IMG/VR virus record: IMGVR_UViG_3300037071_003817
Span: 1-26,439 of that record
Strand: one strand, 5' to 3'
Length of the DNA: 26,439 nucleotides
Source of the DNA: a virus
Lineage: Duplodnaviria; Caudoviricetes
Shown here: positions 1 through 9,222 of the stretch, one piece after another
How positions within the stretch are numbered: the first letter of the stretch is position 1
Layout: each line of letters starts with the position of its first letter
Program-made: the position numbers and the translations under genes
The notes under the pieces: model-generated
Told to the model about the DNA's origin: nothing
Seen by the model: only the letters and a program-made list of their open reading frames with translations
The model's database searches: none

Positions 1-2772
1 GGCGCTCACTTTCTTGCGAGCCATCAGGTCGATCCCGGCCCGTTGTAGACCGTTGTCGAGCGGGGCGGCGAGGGCTATTGCTTCGGCGGCGTCGGGAGTG
101 ATCCGCTCGTTGATGAACGCCGAATAGAGATCATCGGCCGAGGCGAGCGCGATATTTGATGCTTTCCGGCTTTTATTGCCGAGAGCTCTTGCCCGGACCA
201 AAGCGACATCCGATCCAACCATTTTCGCCGTGTCCCGGACGAAGTTGGCGGCGTCGAAGATTGTGCCTTTTCCATCTACGATGTTTATTTCAGCACCAAT
301 TCGCCGCGCTTCAAGCGCCGATATCCCATCGGCCTCGCGCAAGATCTGACCGGGGAAAGTTTCCACGTCCAGGCGCTCCCGGAGATCGTGCCGGTAATGG
401 CCGTTGACGATGATGTATTTTTCCTCGCCTTGCAGTCCGTAGGCCGCCGGATCGTTGGGCTCCCAGACCAGGGAGAGCCCGGCTTTAAGCGGATCGTAGG
501 GACCTTGCAATCGATCTCTCTCCATCGTGCCCCCGCCCGAGTCGGCCGCTTTGAACTGCATCAGGTTGGGGCGGACCGCCACGGCCGCCATTCTGATCGA
601 GGGATGGATCGGGAACTCAGCCGGGATCGTCTCGAGCGTCTCCGGGCCGACGGCTCCGGCGGCCGTCTCGACCGTCGGCGCGGGCGTGAGCGGGGCCGGA
701 TCCGGCGGGACCGTTGTCGTCGTGGACGTGTCGATCCCCATCCGGCGTTTAATCATCTCGGCCGCTGTCTCGGCTCCGGGCACGGAGGGCTCAGGAAGCG
801 CCAAGGTTGGCCCTGGCAGGGCCGGAGGAGGCTCACCGGGGAGTGCAGACGTTGGCGTCGTCTCGCCTGGCTCGACTACGGTCGCTTTAATCGGTTGGCG
901 TTTAACTTCCAGCCGGGGCGCACCTGGCTCGCGGCCGCCCAGGACTGCGCCGAGGGCCATGTTGATGAGATACTCGCGCGGGCCCGGCTGCTGGATCTCC
1001 TCCGGCGTCATCCCGAGCTGTTGCCCGACGACGTTCATCAGTCGCTCCTCGTATGGGCGCACGGCCGTAATCACGGCCCCGGCTGTGGCCCCGCCGGCCG
1101 CTTGGCCCGCGACCTGGGCGAGCGCCCTGGGTAATCCCAATTTCTCGCCACTGGCGGCTTTGCCTGTCACTTCGCCGACGGTCATCCCCGCGCCCTTGAG
1201 CGTCTTGACGTAACCGGCGATCGAGTCGGCCGCGAACGGGATCATCGCGGTGTAACCTCCGGCGGCCGCCGCTGTCGGATGTTCCTGGATCGCTTGCTGG
1301 ACGGCCTTGATATTTTCGGCGTCGGGCAGGTTGTATTTGACCGAGAGCTTCTCGCCCGTCTCGATCGCCTGATCGGTTAGGAGCATCCCGCCCAGGACCT
1401 CGAGCAAATTGAGGCCGCCGAAAGTGATCGGCCCGGTCACAACTCCAGCCGGGCCGGTCGCACCCGCCACGGCCGCGCCCGCTGCCACGTTGTAAGGCTC
1501 CAGCGCGGCCGCGATCGCCGTGCCCGCCCCGAATCCGGTCGCGCCCTTGGCGAGCTCGTGAGCGTAAGCGACCAGGGCCGGATCCACTTTCGGGTTGTTC
1601 AGGTTCGGGTTGCCCGCTCGGAGCGCGACCAGGTTGGGCCAGGGTTGGGCCGAGCTCAGTGGATCCTCGGCCTGGGTGGCGGCGTGGACCACTTCCGCGT
1701 TGGTCGGATCCGGTGGCGCCGGAACCGTGTGGCCATCAGTCGGCCAATTCTGCCGGAGCGGATCCGTCAGGAGGGCCATAGACTGGCGGGCCTGGTTCAG
1801 TTGCGCCTCTCCTGGTTCAATGAAGGGCGAGAGCCCTTTGGCCATCCGTTGGGTGGCGTAATCCTTGGCCTTCGCTACGATCTCCGGCGAGGGCAGTTCG
1901 CCCTCTTTCATGTTGAGAAGCGACTGGACTTCTGGCGGGCTCAGGGTCGGGACCAGGGACGGGATCAGCGTCTCTTTGCCGTCGATCTTGGTCCCGATCG
2001 AGAGCTCGGTCGAGATCCGGCCGTCCGGCCGTTGCAATGGTCCCAGGAACCCCTCGCCCTTGGGCGTGCCGTCCTCCCGGAAACCGTAAGGCGCATCTGG
2101 CCGGTCCGGCGGCATGTTCATCGGGAGCGTGGCCAGTTGCATCGCCTGGCGGGCCTGGACCGTTCCCTGCATCATCTGGCGCTGCATGACCCGGGGTTGG
2201 TTGAGATACGCCTCCGGGTCGAATCCCTCCGTGCTGACTTCTTCCTGTGGTTGCTGCGGTTGCTTGCCTTTGCTGGCCAGGTATTTCTCGGGATCGAACG
2301 CGGGGGCGAGCCCGACGATCGCGAGCGGGCTGTCCTTGCCGTTACTGTCGACCCAGGCGTGAGCGCCCGGCGTCATCTCGACGTGCTGCTGGCCGCGCGG
2401 TGCCTTGTCCACGATCGTCACCGGCCGCATGACCCCGGTCACTTCGTTGCGGATCAGGACTTGCGATCCCAGGAGCTCTTTCTGTGCGGCCCTTGGATCC
2501 TCGATCCCGGTCAGCTCGACGGCCTGGTCGCCGCCGATCGCCATCCCGATCAGGTTCGGATCCGTCAGGTCGGTGTCGTTGTAAGCGCCGTGGTGCGCGT
2601 CGTACTGCCCCATCGCTTCCTCGTCGGTCGTGTCGACCGAGCCGTCCATGTTGAGCCCAAAGGTGGCCGGATCCCCCCCGATCGGCGCGGCCTCTATCCC
2701 CTTGCTCTTGAGATAAGCCTCCGGGTCGAAATCCTCGATCGCGAGATCTTCCGTTGCGTTGGGCTCGGCCAT
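1..2772 (-). CDS. Large internal virion/ejection (polyvalent) protein, 3' end outside window; RlpA-like DPBB and ParB-like domains
   Basis: Absent from the ORF track because it has no stop in the window. ATG at 2772 follows the stop at 2777 and my manual translation is open to base 1 (MAEPNATEDLAIEDFDPEAYL...). It has three FDPExYL repeats, GSQVLIRNEVTG..VTIVDKAP (DPBB-like) and QFK..YDPLKAG..VWE..YIIVNGHYR..LREADGIS (ParB-like). Confidence 0.85.
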   Translation of the reverse strand, partial: MAEPNATEDLAIEDFDPEAYLKSKGIEAAPIGGDPATFGLNMDGSVDTTDEEAMGQYDAHHGAYNDTDLTDPNLIGMAIGGDQAVELTGIEDPRAAQKELLGSQVLIRNEVTGVMRPVTIVDKAPRGQQHVEMTPGAHAWVDSNGKDSPLAIVGLAPAFDPEKYLASKGKQPQQPQEEVSTEGFDPEAYLNQPRVMQRQMMQGTVQARQAMQLATLPMNMPPDRPDAPYGFREDGTPKGEGFLGPLQRPDGRISTELSIGTKIDGKETLIPSLVPTLSPPEVQSLLNMKEGELPSPEIVAKAKDYATQRMAKGLSPFIEPGEAQLNQARQSMALLTDPLRQNWPTDGHTVPAPPDPTNAEVVHAATQAEDPLSSAQPWPNLVALRAGNPNLNNPKVDPALVAYAHELAKGATGFGAGTAIAAALEPYNVAAGAAVAGATGPAGVVTGPITFGGLNLLEVLGGMLLTDQAIETGEKLSVKYNLPDAENIKAVQQAIQEHPTAAAAGGYTAMIPFAADSIAGYVKTLKGAGMTVGEVTGKAASGEKLGLPRALAQVAGQAAGGATAGAVITAVRPYEERLMNVVGQQLGMTPEEIQQPGPREYLINMALGAVLGGREPGAPRLEVKRQPIKATVVEPGETTPTSALPGEPPPALPGPTLALPEPSVPGAETAAEMIKRRMGIDTSTTTTVPPDPAPLTPAPTVETAAGAVGPETLETIPAEFPIHPSIRMAAVAVRPNLMQFKAADSGGGTMERDRLQGPYDPLKAGLSLVWEPNDPAAYGLQGEEKYIIVNGHYRHDLRERLDVETFPGQILREADGISALEARRIGAEINIVDGKGTIFDAANFVRDTAKMVGSDVALVRARALGNKSRKASNIALASADDLYSAFINERITPDAAEAIALAAPLDNGLQRAGIDLMARKKVSA

Positions 2773-2776
2773 GACT

Positions 2777-3706
2777 TCACTGGATCCCCATGCTTCCGAG
2801 AATGGTCGAGCTCATTGGATGGTTCGGGTGCGCGCGAGCCCAGGCCACGGCCTGGCGATCCTGGAAGGAGAGCCCGCTCGGGTCGCTTCCCCCGTCGGTC
2901 GTGTTCGGCGCTGGAAGGTTCACGTTCTTTTGTTCCGGTGCCGGTTTGTTGAGCTCCTCGCCCATGTCCGTGATCTTTTTGTAGAGGGAGATCGGGACCT
3001 TGACCCGGTTTTTCGGGAGCACCCCGCCCTTGAAGCCAGTCTCCGGGTTCGGCGGATAGGTCTTGGCGGGAATGTCGAGGAAAATGTTGTTCGGATCGTC
3101 CGGGATCCCGCTCACCTTGGCCGCGCGAATATCGCCCAGGCCGTAACCCTGCCCGATCGTGCCCTCGACGAAATGGTCGACCGCCGTGGAGAGCTTACCT
3201 TGTTGGATCAGGGGATCCTCCTCGGCGGATGTTTTGTCCGGGACGATTTTGTCGCCGATCATCTGGACCACTCTCCCGTTTTTCAACGTGACGGCCCGGG
3301 GTTCGGCGGCAGCTTTGGGCGGGTGCGTGGCGATGTACATGTCCCGGCGAAACTTGGCGATCGCGAGGTTAGTGTCGCGGACTGACCCGGCCATCGAATC
3401 TTTGAGGTCTGCGATTCGCCCCTGTTGCTCGAGCTGGCGCTCCTGGAAATCTTCCACGTGCAATCGCTCGATCTCTTTGAGTTGCCCGGCCTGTTTGTCG
3501 GGCGGGAGGGTGAGGAACTTCTGGAAATCCTCCGGCATCATCTTGCCTTTTTGCGCCAGGATCGTCGCCTGGCCGACGTTAAACTCCTTTTGTTTCTGTT
3601 CGTCGCTCTGCTCCTTTTGCCAGGCTGCAATGTCGTGCCCGATCGATTGCCCGGTCGCGGCGATGTAAACGTCGCCGTGGTACGTGGTCGCTGGATTGTA
3701 AGCCAT
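2777..3706 (-). CDS. Putative internal virion/DNA ejection protein
   Basis: 309-aa ORF with Q/E/K-rich helical N-half, positioned between two ejection-type genes; function from synteny only. Confidence 0.6.
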   Translation of the reverse strand: MAYNPATTYHGDVYIAATGQSIGHDIAAWQKEQSDEQKQKEFNVGQATILAQKGKMMPEDFQKFLTLPPDKQAGQLKEIERLHVEDFQERQLEQQGRIADLKDSMAGSVRDTNLAIAKFRRDMYIATHPPKAAAEPRAVTLKNGRVVQMIGDKIVPDKTSAEEDPLIQQGKLSTAVDHFVEGTIGQGYGLGDIRAAKVSGIPDDPNNIFLDIPAKTYPPNPETGFKGGVLPKNRVKVPISLYKKITDMGEELNKPAPEQKNVNLPAPNTTDGGSDPSGLSFQDRQAVAWARAHPNHPMSSTILGSMGIQ

Positions 3707-3715
3707 TTTTTCCTC

Positions 3716-4615
3716 CTATCCCCACCCGCCAAAGAGGGCCGCTCCGCCCGCCTGGACCAGGGCGTTGTTGAAGGCCGCGTTTCGGTTCGCGGCCGCGTTC
3801 GCGTTGCTCGAGGCCATGTTGAGATTCGTGTTGTAAAGGTCCTCGACGTAAGGCGACATGGGATTGAACAGGTCGTTTGCGTTGGCGATCGTCGCGCTGC
3901 TTCCTCCCGCGCTGGATCCCGACTGGCCCGGAGTGATGTTCCCCAATTGCAAGATCTGGAGGAGCGGGTTGGTGACCGTCGAGCTGAACGTGTTGGCCGC
4001 GTTGGCGGCCGTCGCCGCCTGGTTAAAGTTGAGCCCCTGGACCCCTTCCGCGAACTGCTGGCCCGCGAGTCGCCGCGTTTGGGTCGCGTCCTGGCGGCCG
4101 AGAAGTTGCGCCGCCACCGCTCCGCTCCCGGTGTTGATCCCGCCCTGGGCGAACATCCCGAGCGCCCCCTGGTCGAGTGCGCGGAGATCCTCCTCGCTCA
4201 TGGATCCGTCGAGGTTGAGCTGGTCCTGGGCCTGCTTGTTCAACGTCGTCAGGATCCCGCTCGGGCTCGAGTAGGTGTTGAGTGTGTCCAACGAATTGAA
4301 CAGGCCGGGATTCGCCCCATAAAGCGCGTTCGTAATGTCCGGCCCCATCGTTTCCAGGTCGCCCAGGTTATTTTGGCGGGTCTGGTTGTTGGCCATCGCG
4401 TTGAGATAGGTCGTCCCTGGATGGTAATTGCCCGCGTCATCCCAAAAGCCGTTCATCTGCGTGCCCAGGTTGTCCAGGCCGAGCTCAGTGTACGCCGGTT
4501 GGAACTTTTGATTGAGCGCCAGGAACCCCGGCGCTGTGGCTTTGTAGCCCGAGAGAGTTTGCTTGAGCTCCGTCTCGAGGTTCCGCGGTGCGGGTTGATC
4601 GTCTCCTCCGCTCAT
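3716..4615 (-). CDS. Putative DNA transfer/ejection protein (Gly/Ala/Asn/Gln-rich)
   Basis: Start moved to MSGGDDQPAP (ATGA overlap at 4612-4615). Low-complexity A/G/N/Q composition and C-terminal GGAALFGG resemble podovirus pilot/ejection proteins. Confidence 0.65.
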   Translation of the reverse strand: MSGGDDQPAPRNLETELKQTLSGYKATAPGFLALNQKFQPAYTELGLDNLGTQMNGFWDDAGNYHPGTTYLNAMANNQTRQNNLGDLETMGPDITNALYGANPGLFNSLDTLNTYSSPSGILTTLNKQAQDQLNLDGSMSEEDLRALDQGALGMFAQGGINTGSGAVAAQLLGRQDATQTRRLAGQQFAEGVQGLNFNQAATAANAANTFSSTVTNPLLQILQLGNITPGQSGSSAGGSSATIANANDLFNPMSPYVEDLYNTNLNMASSNANAAANRNAAFNNALVQAGGAALFGGWG

Positions 4616-5118
4616 GGTGATCTGTACCTTTCTTTTTTCTCGCCTTCGTGAGGTTGGCCGCTCCAGTTGAGTCCTACGCTGGACGGCTCGACCCCGTTGA
4701 GCCAATGCTGCAAAGAGAGGAAGGCCCCGCCGTGGCGGCCGATCACCGCCCCATGCGGTTCGTTCGGCTTCACCCGGACCAGGTTCGCGAATAACGCGGC
4801 GGATCCGTCCGGGGCCGTCTTTCCTACTAACTCCGGTGGGCAAATATCTTTACCCTGGAGGCTGAACTGGATCTCGCCTGAGATCAGCATCTCGTAGCTG
4901 TCAATGTCGGGATGGCCGTGCTCGGTCACGACCTTGGGATCCGGGCCGACGATCAGGAGCTCGGCCTGGAACGGTGGGACCCGGTAAAGGACCAGGCTGC
5001 GCAGATCCCCGAAATCATAAACGCCGTACATCGGCGGGCGGAGCGCGGCGAATTGTTGGGCGAGGAACCACCTGGCAAAGGCGGAGAGTTGATCGAATGG
5101 AATTTGGTCGGCGTTCAT
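4612..5118 (-). CDS. Cupin-fold metal-binding protein
   Basis: Start moved to MNADQIPFDQ (ATGA overlap at 5115-5118). Cupin motif 1 EHGHPDIDSYE..ISG and motif 2 VKPNEPHG. Confidence 0.75.
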   Translation of the reverse strand: MNADQIPFDQLSAFARWFLAQQFAALRPPMYGVYDFGDLRSLVLYRVPPFQAELLIVGPDPKVVTEHGHPDIDSYEMLISGEIQFSLQGKDICPPELVGKTAPDGSAALFANLVRVKPNEPHGAVIGRHGGAFLSLQHWLNGVEPSSVGLNWSGQPHEGEKKERYRSP

Positions 5119-5477
5119 TTGAAAGCAGTTTTTAACACGCGCTCCATCGGAATGATATGTAAACGTCCGCCAGGACCGCGAAGCCCCCGCTTGAAACACA
5201 ACCAGGGGAGCGGGGTCGGCATGAGCGAGCAGATCTCGCGCAGCGATCCGACCGCCATCTCCATGAACCAGGCCGCCCGGCCGTCCTCGAGCGTGATCGG
5301 TTTGGCCATCGCGAAGCAGCTCGGCCTCGAGGCAACGTAGCCGGTCCGCATGTAACGGTTGAGCGCGGCCGCGAAGTCGATCCCTTTCGAGTAGTAGAGC
5401 TCGGCCGCGATATCGATCGGAGGCCGTCCGCTCCGCGCGATCGCCTGGTCTGCTTTGCGTTCGATCGGCGTCCTCAT
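5115..5477 (-). CDS. Conserved phage protein, possibly degenerate GNAT-like
   Basis: 120 aa, ATGA-coupled on both sides; GYVASRPSCFAMAKP..AWFMEMAVG..PLPW pattern; sits where podoviruses often carry an acetyltransferase-like gene before ejection genes. Confidence 0.55.
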   Translation of the reverse strand: MRTPIERKADQAIARSGRPPIDIAAELYYSKGIDFAAALNRYMRTGYVASRPSCFAMAKPITLEDGRAAWFMEMAVGSLREICSLMPTPLPWLCFKRGLRGPGGRLHIIPMERVLKTAFK

Positions 5478-6019
5478 ATTTGGGTGTGCCGGGCGATCCA
5501 GGCTTCAAAAGCGGCGGCGGCCGGGCCTGGGCCTGTCTCGTGCGTCATCAGATGCGAGAACGGGATCGAGGTGCTCGTGTCCGTGGATCCGGCCGGGATC
5601 ACCCCGCGCGGATTGTAAACCGGCTGGCCGTTGATCGAGTCGAAGCCCGCGACCGCCCCGCCGGCCGAAATCTCACCCGGTTGCATTGCGAAATTTCCAA
5701 AGCTCGAGGGGTAAGCGTTGACGAAGTTGGGACCGCCGAAACGCTGGATCGCGTTCCCGATCGGGGGTTGCGCGGCGGCCGTCGGTTGCTGTCCCTGGGT
5801 CGGTTGCTGCCCGAAATTCTCCGGGTGATTGATCGGGTTATTGGCCGGATCGCCAAACTGGCCCGTCGTCCCGTTGACCATGTGGATAAAACTGTTGATA
5901 AGCCGATAGATCGGGATCGAATCGACCGCGCCGTGCGCTGCGCCCTGGAGCCGGGAGAGCCCGGCCGGGGGGTTGATCGCGCCTCGAACTGCGCCTGGGA
6001 TAATTCCTCCTGCTGGCAT
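5474..6019 (-). CDS. Hypothetical Gly/Pro/Gln-rich protein
   Basis: 181-aa ORF that fills the gap in the operon and overlaps the next gene by ATGA. Confidence 0.55.
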   Translation of the reverse strand: MPAGGIIPGAVRGAINPPAGLSRLQGAAHGAVDSIPIYRLINSFIHMVNGTTGQFGDPANNPINHPENFGQQPTQGQQPTAAAQPPIGNAIQRFGGPNFVNAYPSSFGNFAMQPGEISAGGAVAGFDSINGQPVYNPRGVIPAGSTDTSTSIPFSHLMTHETGPGPAAAAFEAWIARHTQI

Positions 6020-6023
6020 AGCT

Positions 6024-6470
6024 TTAGATCCTTACCATTGATAACACCAAACCGAGCGGGACCGAATGGGCGGCCCCGCCGTCCATGTTACACGCCATTA
6101 TAATGAGCGAAGTGGTCGAGTCGATGAAAGCGTGCAAGCGGAGGAACGGGGAGAGCGTGATCGCACCCTGGACGACCGGCTGATCGATCAGGACCCGCTC
6201 GGTTAATGCGTAGGCTCCGGCGACTGTTTTCACGACCCCGCAGGTTGCGGCCGGGATGCTGACGGCGGCCCCGGTAATCGTCGTTTGCAAGTGCGTCGGG
6301 GGCGGGACGGTCCCCGCGATCGCGACCACGTCGGCCTCGACCAGGTTCGCGCTCCCGATCGAGTTTTCATCCATCCGCGCGACCGGGTTGGCCGTCGCGA
6401 TCAGGGCCGCCATGAGATCTTGCGGCTTCTCGGCCCATTCATACCCCCGCGATGTTGTGACCAGGCTCAT
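6024..6470 (-). CDS. Putative tail fibre/spike module protein
   Basis: Start moved to MSLVTTSRGYEW (ATGA overlap at 6467-6470); similar to both halves of the upstream gene; beta-rich. Confidence 0.6.
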   Translation of the reverse strand: MSLVTTSRGYEWAEKPQDLMAALIATANPVARMDENSIGSANLVEADVVAIAGTVPPPTHLQTTITGAAVSIPAATCGVVKTVAGAYALTERVLIDQPVVQGAITLSPFLRLHAFIDSTTSLIIMACNMDGGAAHSVPLGLVLSMVRI

Positions 6471-7390
6471 ATCAGGCGTCCAAAGAAGTTGCTTCCGATC
6501 GGCACCGTGCTCACGGCCGCGTTTCGGTTGTAGATGCTGATCCGCACGAAGTTGACCGTGTCGACGGTCCCGGTCCACTCCAGGCCGTAGGGCACCTGGT
6601 CCGCGAGCTCGGGCGAATCGATGATTGGCACCTTGCCCAGGGCCGCACCCGTCAAAGGGAGCACAAAGGAAACGCTGTTGCGCGGGTTAATGATGTATTT
6701 GAGCGGGGTCGATCCGCTAAAGGGCAGTCCGCTCACGACCGGCGCGGCGATCTTGGCGATATCGTAAGGGATCAACTCGCGACGGCCGACACTCGGCGGC
6801 GAGGTTTTGACGGCGGCCGTCGGGCGCGCGGTCGCGTCCAGTTTCGCGGTCGTGATCGCTTCCCCGTTCGGGTTCCAGACGTAGCCCGGCGTCACGTCCA
6901 GGTAACCCGTATCGTCCGAGCTGTGATCGGGGAGCGGGGGCGGACCCACTCCTGGCGGCCGTCGGCTCGTAAAGTTAATCACGGTCAGTTGTGTTCCGGC
7001 CAGGATGACCGGGGCCGGGCCTAACGTGACGGCCGAGGCGTAGATGTTGACCGAGTCCGCTTGCGTGACGGTTGCGCCGAAATGGACGGCGAGGGTTTTA
7101 ATAAAATCGCAGTAGACCGGATCGCCTGGCCGCGCCCCGAGCATCGGCACGCTCCCGAGCCCGGTCACCGGCAGGACCAGGGTGAGCTCGTTGACCTGGG
7201 TGTAAACGGCCCGCAAGCCGAGGAGTTGCTCCGAGATAATTGCGACCACGTCCTCCGTAATCAGTTGAGCATCGCCGATCACCTGACCGGCTAGCTCCAT
7301 CAGCGGGGATCCGGTATCGTTCAGATCGGCCAGGGAAATGTTTTCCTCGTCGTCTGTCCATCGCTTGGAAGGGTAGACCAGGACGCTCAT
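6467..7390 (-). CDS. Putative tail fibre/spike protein with two tandem modules
   Basis: Start moved to MSVLVYPSKRW (ATGA overlap at 7387-7390); two similar modules joined by RRPPGVGPPPLP; directly follows the tail hub gene. Confidence 0.6.
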   Translation of the reverse strand: MSVLVYPSKRWTDDEENISLADLNDTGSPLMELAGQVIGDAQLITEDVVAIISEQLLGLRAVYTQVNELTLVLPVTGLGSVPMLGARPGDPVYCDFIKTLAVHFGATVTQADSVNIYASAVTLGPAPVILAGTQLTVINFTSRRPPGVGPPPLPDHSSDDTGYLDVTPGYVWNPNGEAITTAKLDATARPTAAVKTSPPSVGRRELIPYDIAKIAAPVVSGLPFSGSTPLKYIINPRNSVSFVLPLTGAALGKVPIIDSPELADQVPYGLEWTGTVDTVNFVRISIYNRNAAVSTVPIGSNFFGRLI

Positions 7391-9216
7391 GCTGTGCGTC
7401 CTTCCCGTTCGGCCGGGGCGCTTTCGACCACCGTCCCTAAGACCGTTGCGTTGCCTCCGTTGCTTTCCACCCGGTAACTGGCGTAGCGCGTCCGGCGCGA
7501 GAGCGAACATTGGACGACACTTTCCTGTTCCACTTCGATCGGGATCGGCTCGCTCCCAGGGAGGAAACCGTCTCCCGCCCGGATCGCGTAGTCGAGGCGT
7601 TTCGGGGCCAGAAAATCGTCGTTGGCGTTGGTGATGAGATAGGGGGCTTGACTGAGCACGTCGTACTTCGTTCGGTCCGGGTCGATCTTTTTCTTTACCT
7701 CCTCGTCATTCACCCCGGCCAGGAGCTCGGTCACGACCACGTTGGGATCATAGGTCGAGATGGCGAGCTGGAGCCCGGCCATTTTCCGTTTCATGTTCCC
7801 GGTCGCCCCGATCGTCGCGTAGCCGCGCGTCTCCATGACCCCCCGGATCGGGTAGGTCTTGGGCTCCTCGCCCGCCGCGTTGGCTTGCTGGAGTTGATCG
7901 TCGCGGCCCTCATACATGAGGCGCACCGCGGCCGGGCTGTTGCTCACCGCCCAAACGCGGCGACGGCCGTAGAACTCGAAGCCGATCAGGTTATCGATTC
8001 GGAGCGGGTTAGGGATCGGCGGATCCACCCGGCCCCGCCGGTCGACATGTTCCCGGCCAAACCAGAGATCCACCGCTGCCCATTTCCGGGTTACGATATC
8101 GAGGACCAGGACGGCGTTGTTAAAATTGCATCCGTCCATCGGGACCGAGAAATAGGCGAAAGTCCCGTCCATGTTCGCGCAAGCCTGGTCGATCGCGGCC
8201 CAATTGATCCGGTTAAAGAGCGGCGCGATCATGTCGCTCACTGGCGTCGGATCGATCTCGAGGCCGCCCGCCGGTTGCCCGGTCCGCCCGGTCTGGATGA
8301 TCCGGTAAATCGCGCCTTTGCCCGCGTCGGAGAGGAACAGGAGCTCGCTCCCGGTAAACACCGCGCACTTGCGAGCGGCCAGGCCGACCCCTGCGGGCCC
8401 AGGAATGTTGTTCATGCTCGGGGGCGGATCGCTCGCCGGGGAGAGGTTCAAGGCCAGGGCGCGAAACCACGAATCGCCCAGGTCGCCCGGGATCGGGCCG
8501 AGCAGGTCAAAGGATCGGCCTTTGCCGATGATGAGCCCGAATTGCGCCGGGTAAGGGAAGGCCCCGACAATGTCGTCGCTTGTCCCGGTGTTGATCCGAA
8601 ACTTGTGCAAGATCGAATCGTAAAGGGTGTAGTTGTTGATATCGCTCGCCCCCATCCAACCGGGCTCGGTCGGGATCGGGAACCAGGCCCGGCCCAAAAA
8701 GTTGATACTCCAGGGTGCGCGCGGGATCGGGAGGAACCCGAGCCCCAGGCTCGGCTCAGGGATATCGGTAAAGCCGAGTGGATCCAGGCCGTCCCATTGC
8801 AGGGTCGGCATACTGATATCGTCCGAGTGCATCAGGACCTTGTCGAATTGCTGGCAAAACTCGATCCGGCCGAACGGCGCGAATGGTGTCGGGATCTCGA
8901 CCGGCACGGTCCCGGAGCGGATTGAGATCACCTTGGTCTGCGTGGCTAGGAGGCCCATCTCGCGACCGTTCGGGTTCGAGTAGGGGCCGCTCCCCAGGAG
9001 AGTGTTGGCCCCGTATAAATTGGCAAAGAGCGGGGTCCTGGTCCCCGGCCGGTCGGTCACCTTGCCGTCGTGACACCGCTTATTGTCCCCGCGAGCGTAG
9101 TAGCCTGGCTGGAGCGTCCACCTGGGATCGCGCATGTTCAAGCCGACGAAGCCCTCGTCCCCCTCGAGGGTTGGCTGCGACGGCGAAACCGGCGAGAGAT
9201 TGTACGGGCCGCTCAT
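7387..9216 (-). CDS. Tail hub/nozzle protein (P22 gp10 / tail tubular protein B-like)
   Basis: 609 aa, beta-rich; N-terminal GDEGFVGLNMR..N.R..G....RPG pattern and later P(V)SDMIAPLFNRINW..YFSVP..NNAVLVLD pattern; size and position fit. Confidence 0.75.
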   Translation of the reverse strand: MSGPYNLSPVSPSQPTLEGDEGFVGLNMRDPRWTLQPGYYARGDNKRCHDGKVTDRPGTRTPLFANLYGANTLLGSGPYSNPNGREMGLLATQTKVISIRSGTVPVEIPTPFAPFGRIEFCQQFDKVLMHSDDISMPTLQWDGLDPLGFTDIPEPSLGLGFLPIPRAPWSINFLGRAWFPIPTEPGWMGASDINNYTLYDSILHKFRINTGTSDDIVGAFPYPAQFGLIIGKGRSFDLLGPIPGDLGDSWFRALALNLSPASDPPPSMNNIPGPAGVGLAARKCAVFTGSELLFLSDAGKGAIYRIIQTGRTGQPAGGLEIDPTPVSDMIAPLFNRINWAAIDQACANMDGTFAYFSVPMDGCNFNNAVLVLDIVTRKWAAVDLWFGREHVDRRGRVDPPIPNPLRIDNLIGFEFYGRRRVWAVSNSPAAVRLMYEGRDDQLQQANAAGEEPKTYPIRGVMETRGYATIGATGNMKRKMAGLQLAISTYDPNVVVTELLAGVNDEEVKKKIDPDRTKYDVLSQAPYLITNANDDFLAPKRLDYAIRAGDGFLPGSEPIPIEVEQESVVQCSLSRRTRYASYRVESNGGNATVLGTVVESAPAEREGRTA

Positions 9217-9222
9217 AGGTTC

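Noticed and set aside
75-275. 66-aa minus ORF suggesting the large ejection gene ends or frameshifts here
   Set aside because: The main frame from 2772 stays open to base 1, so this is an out-of-frame artefact.
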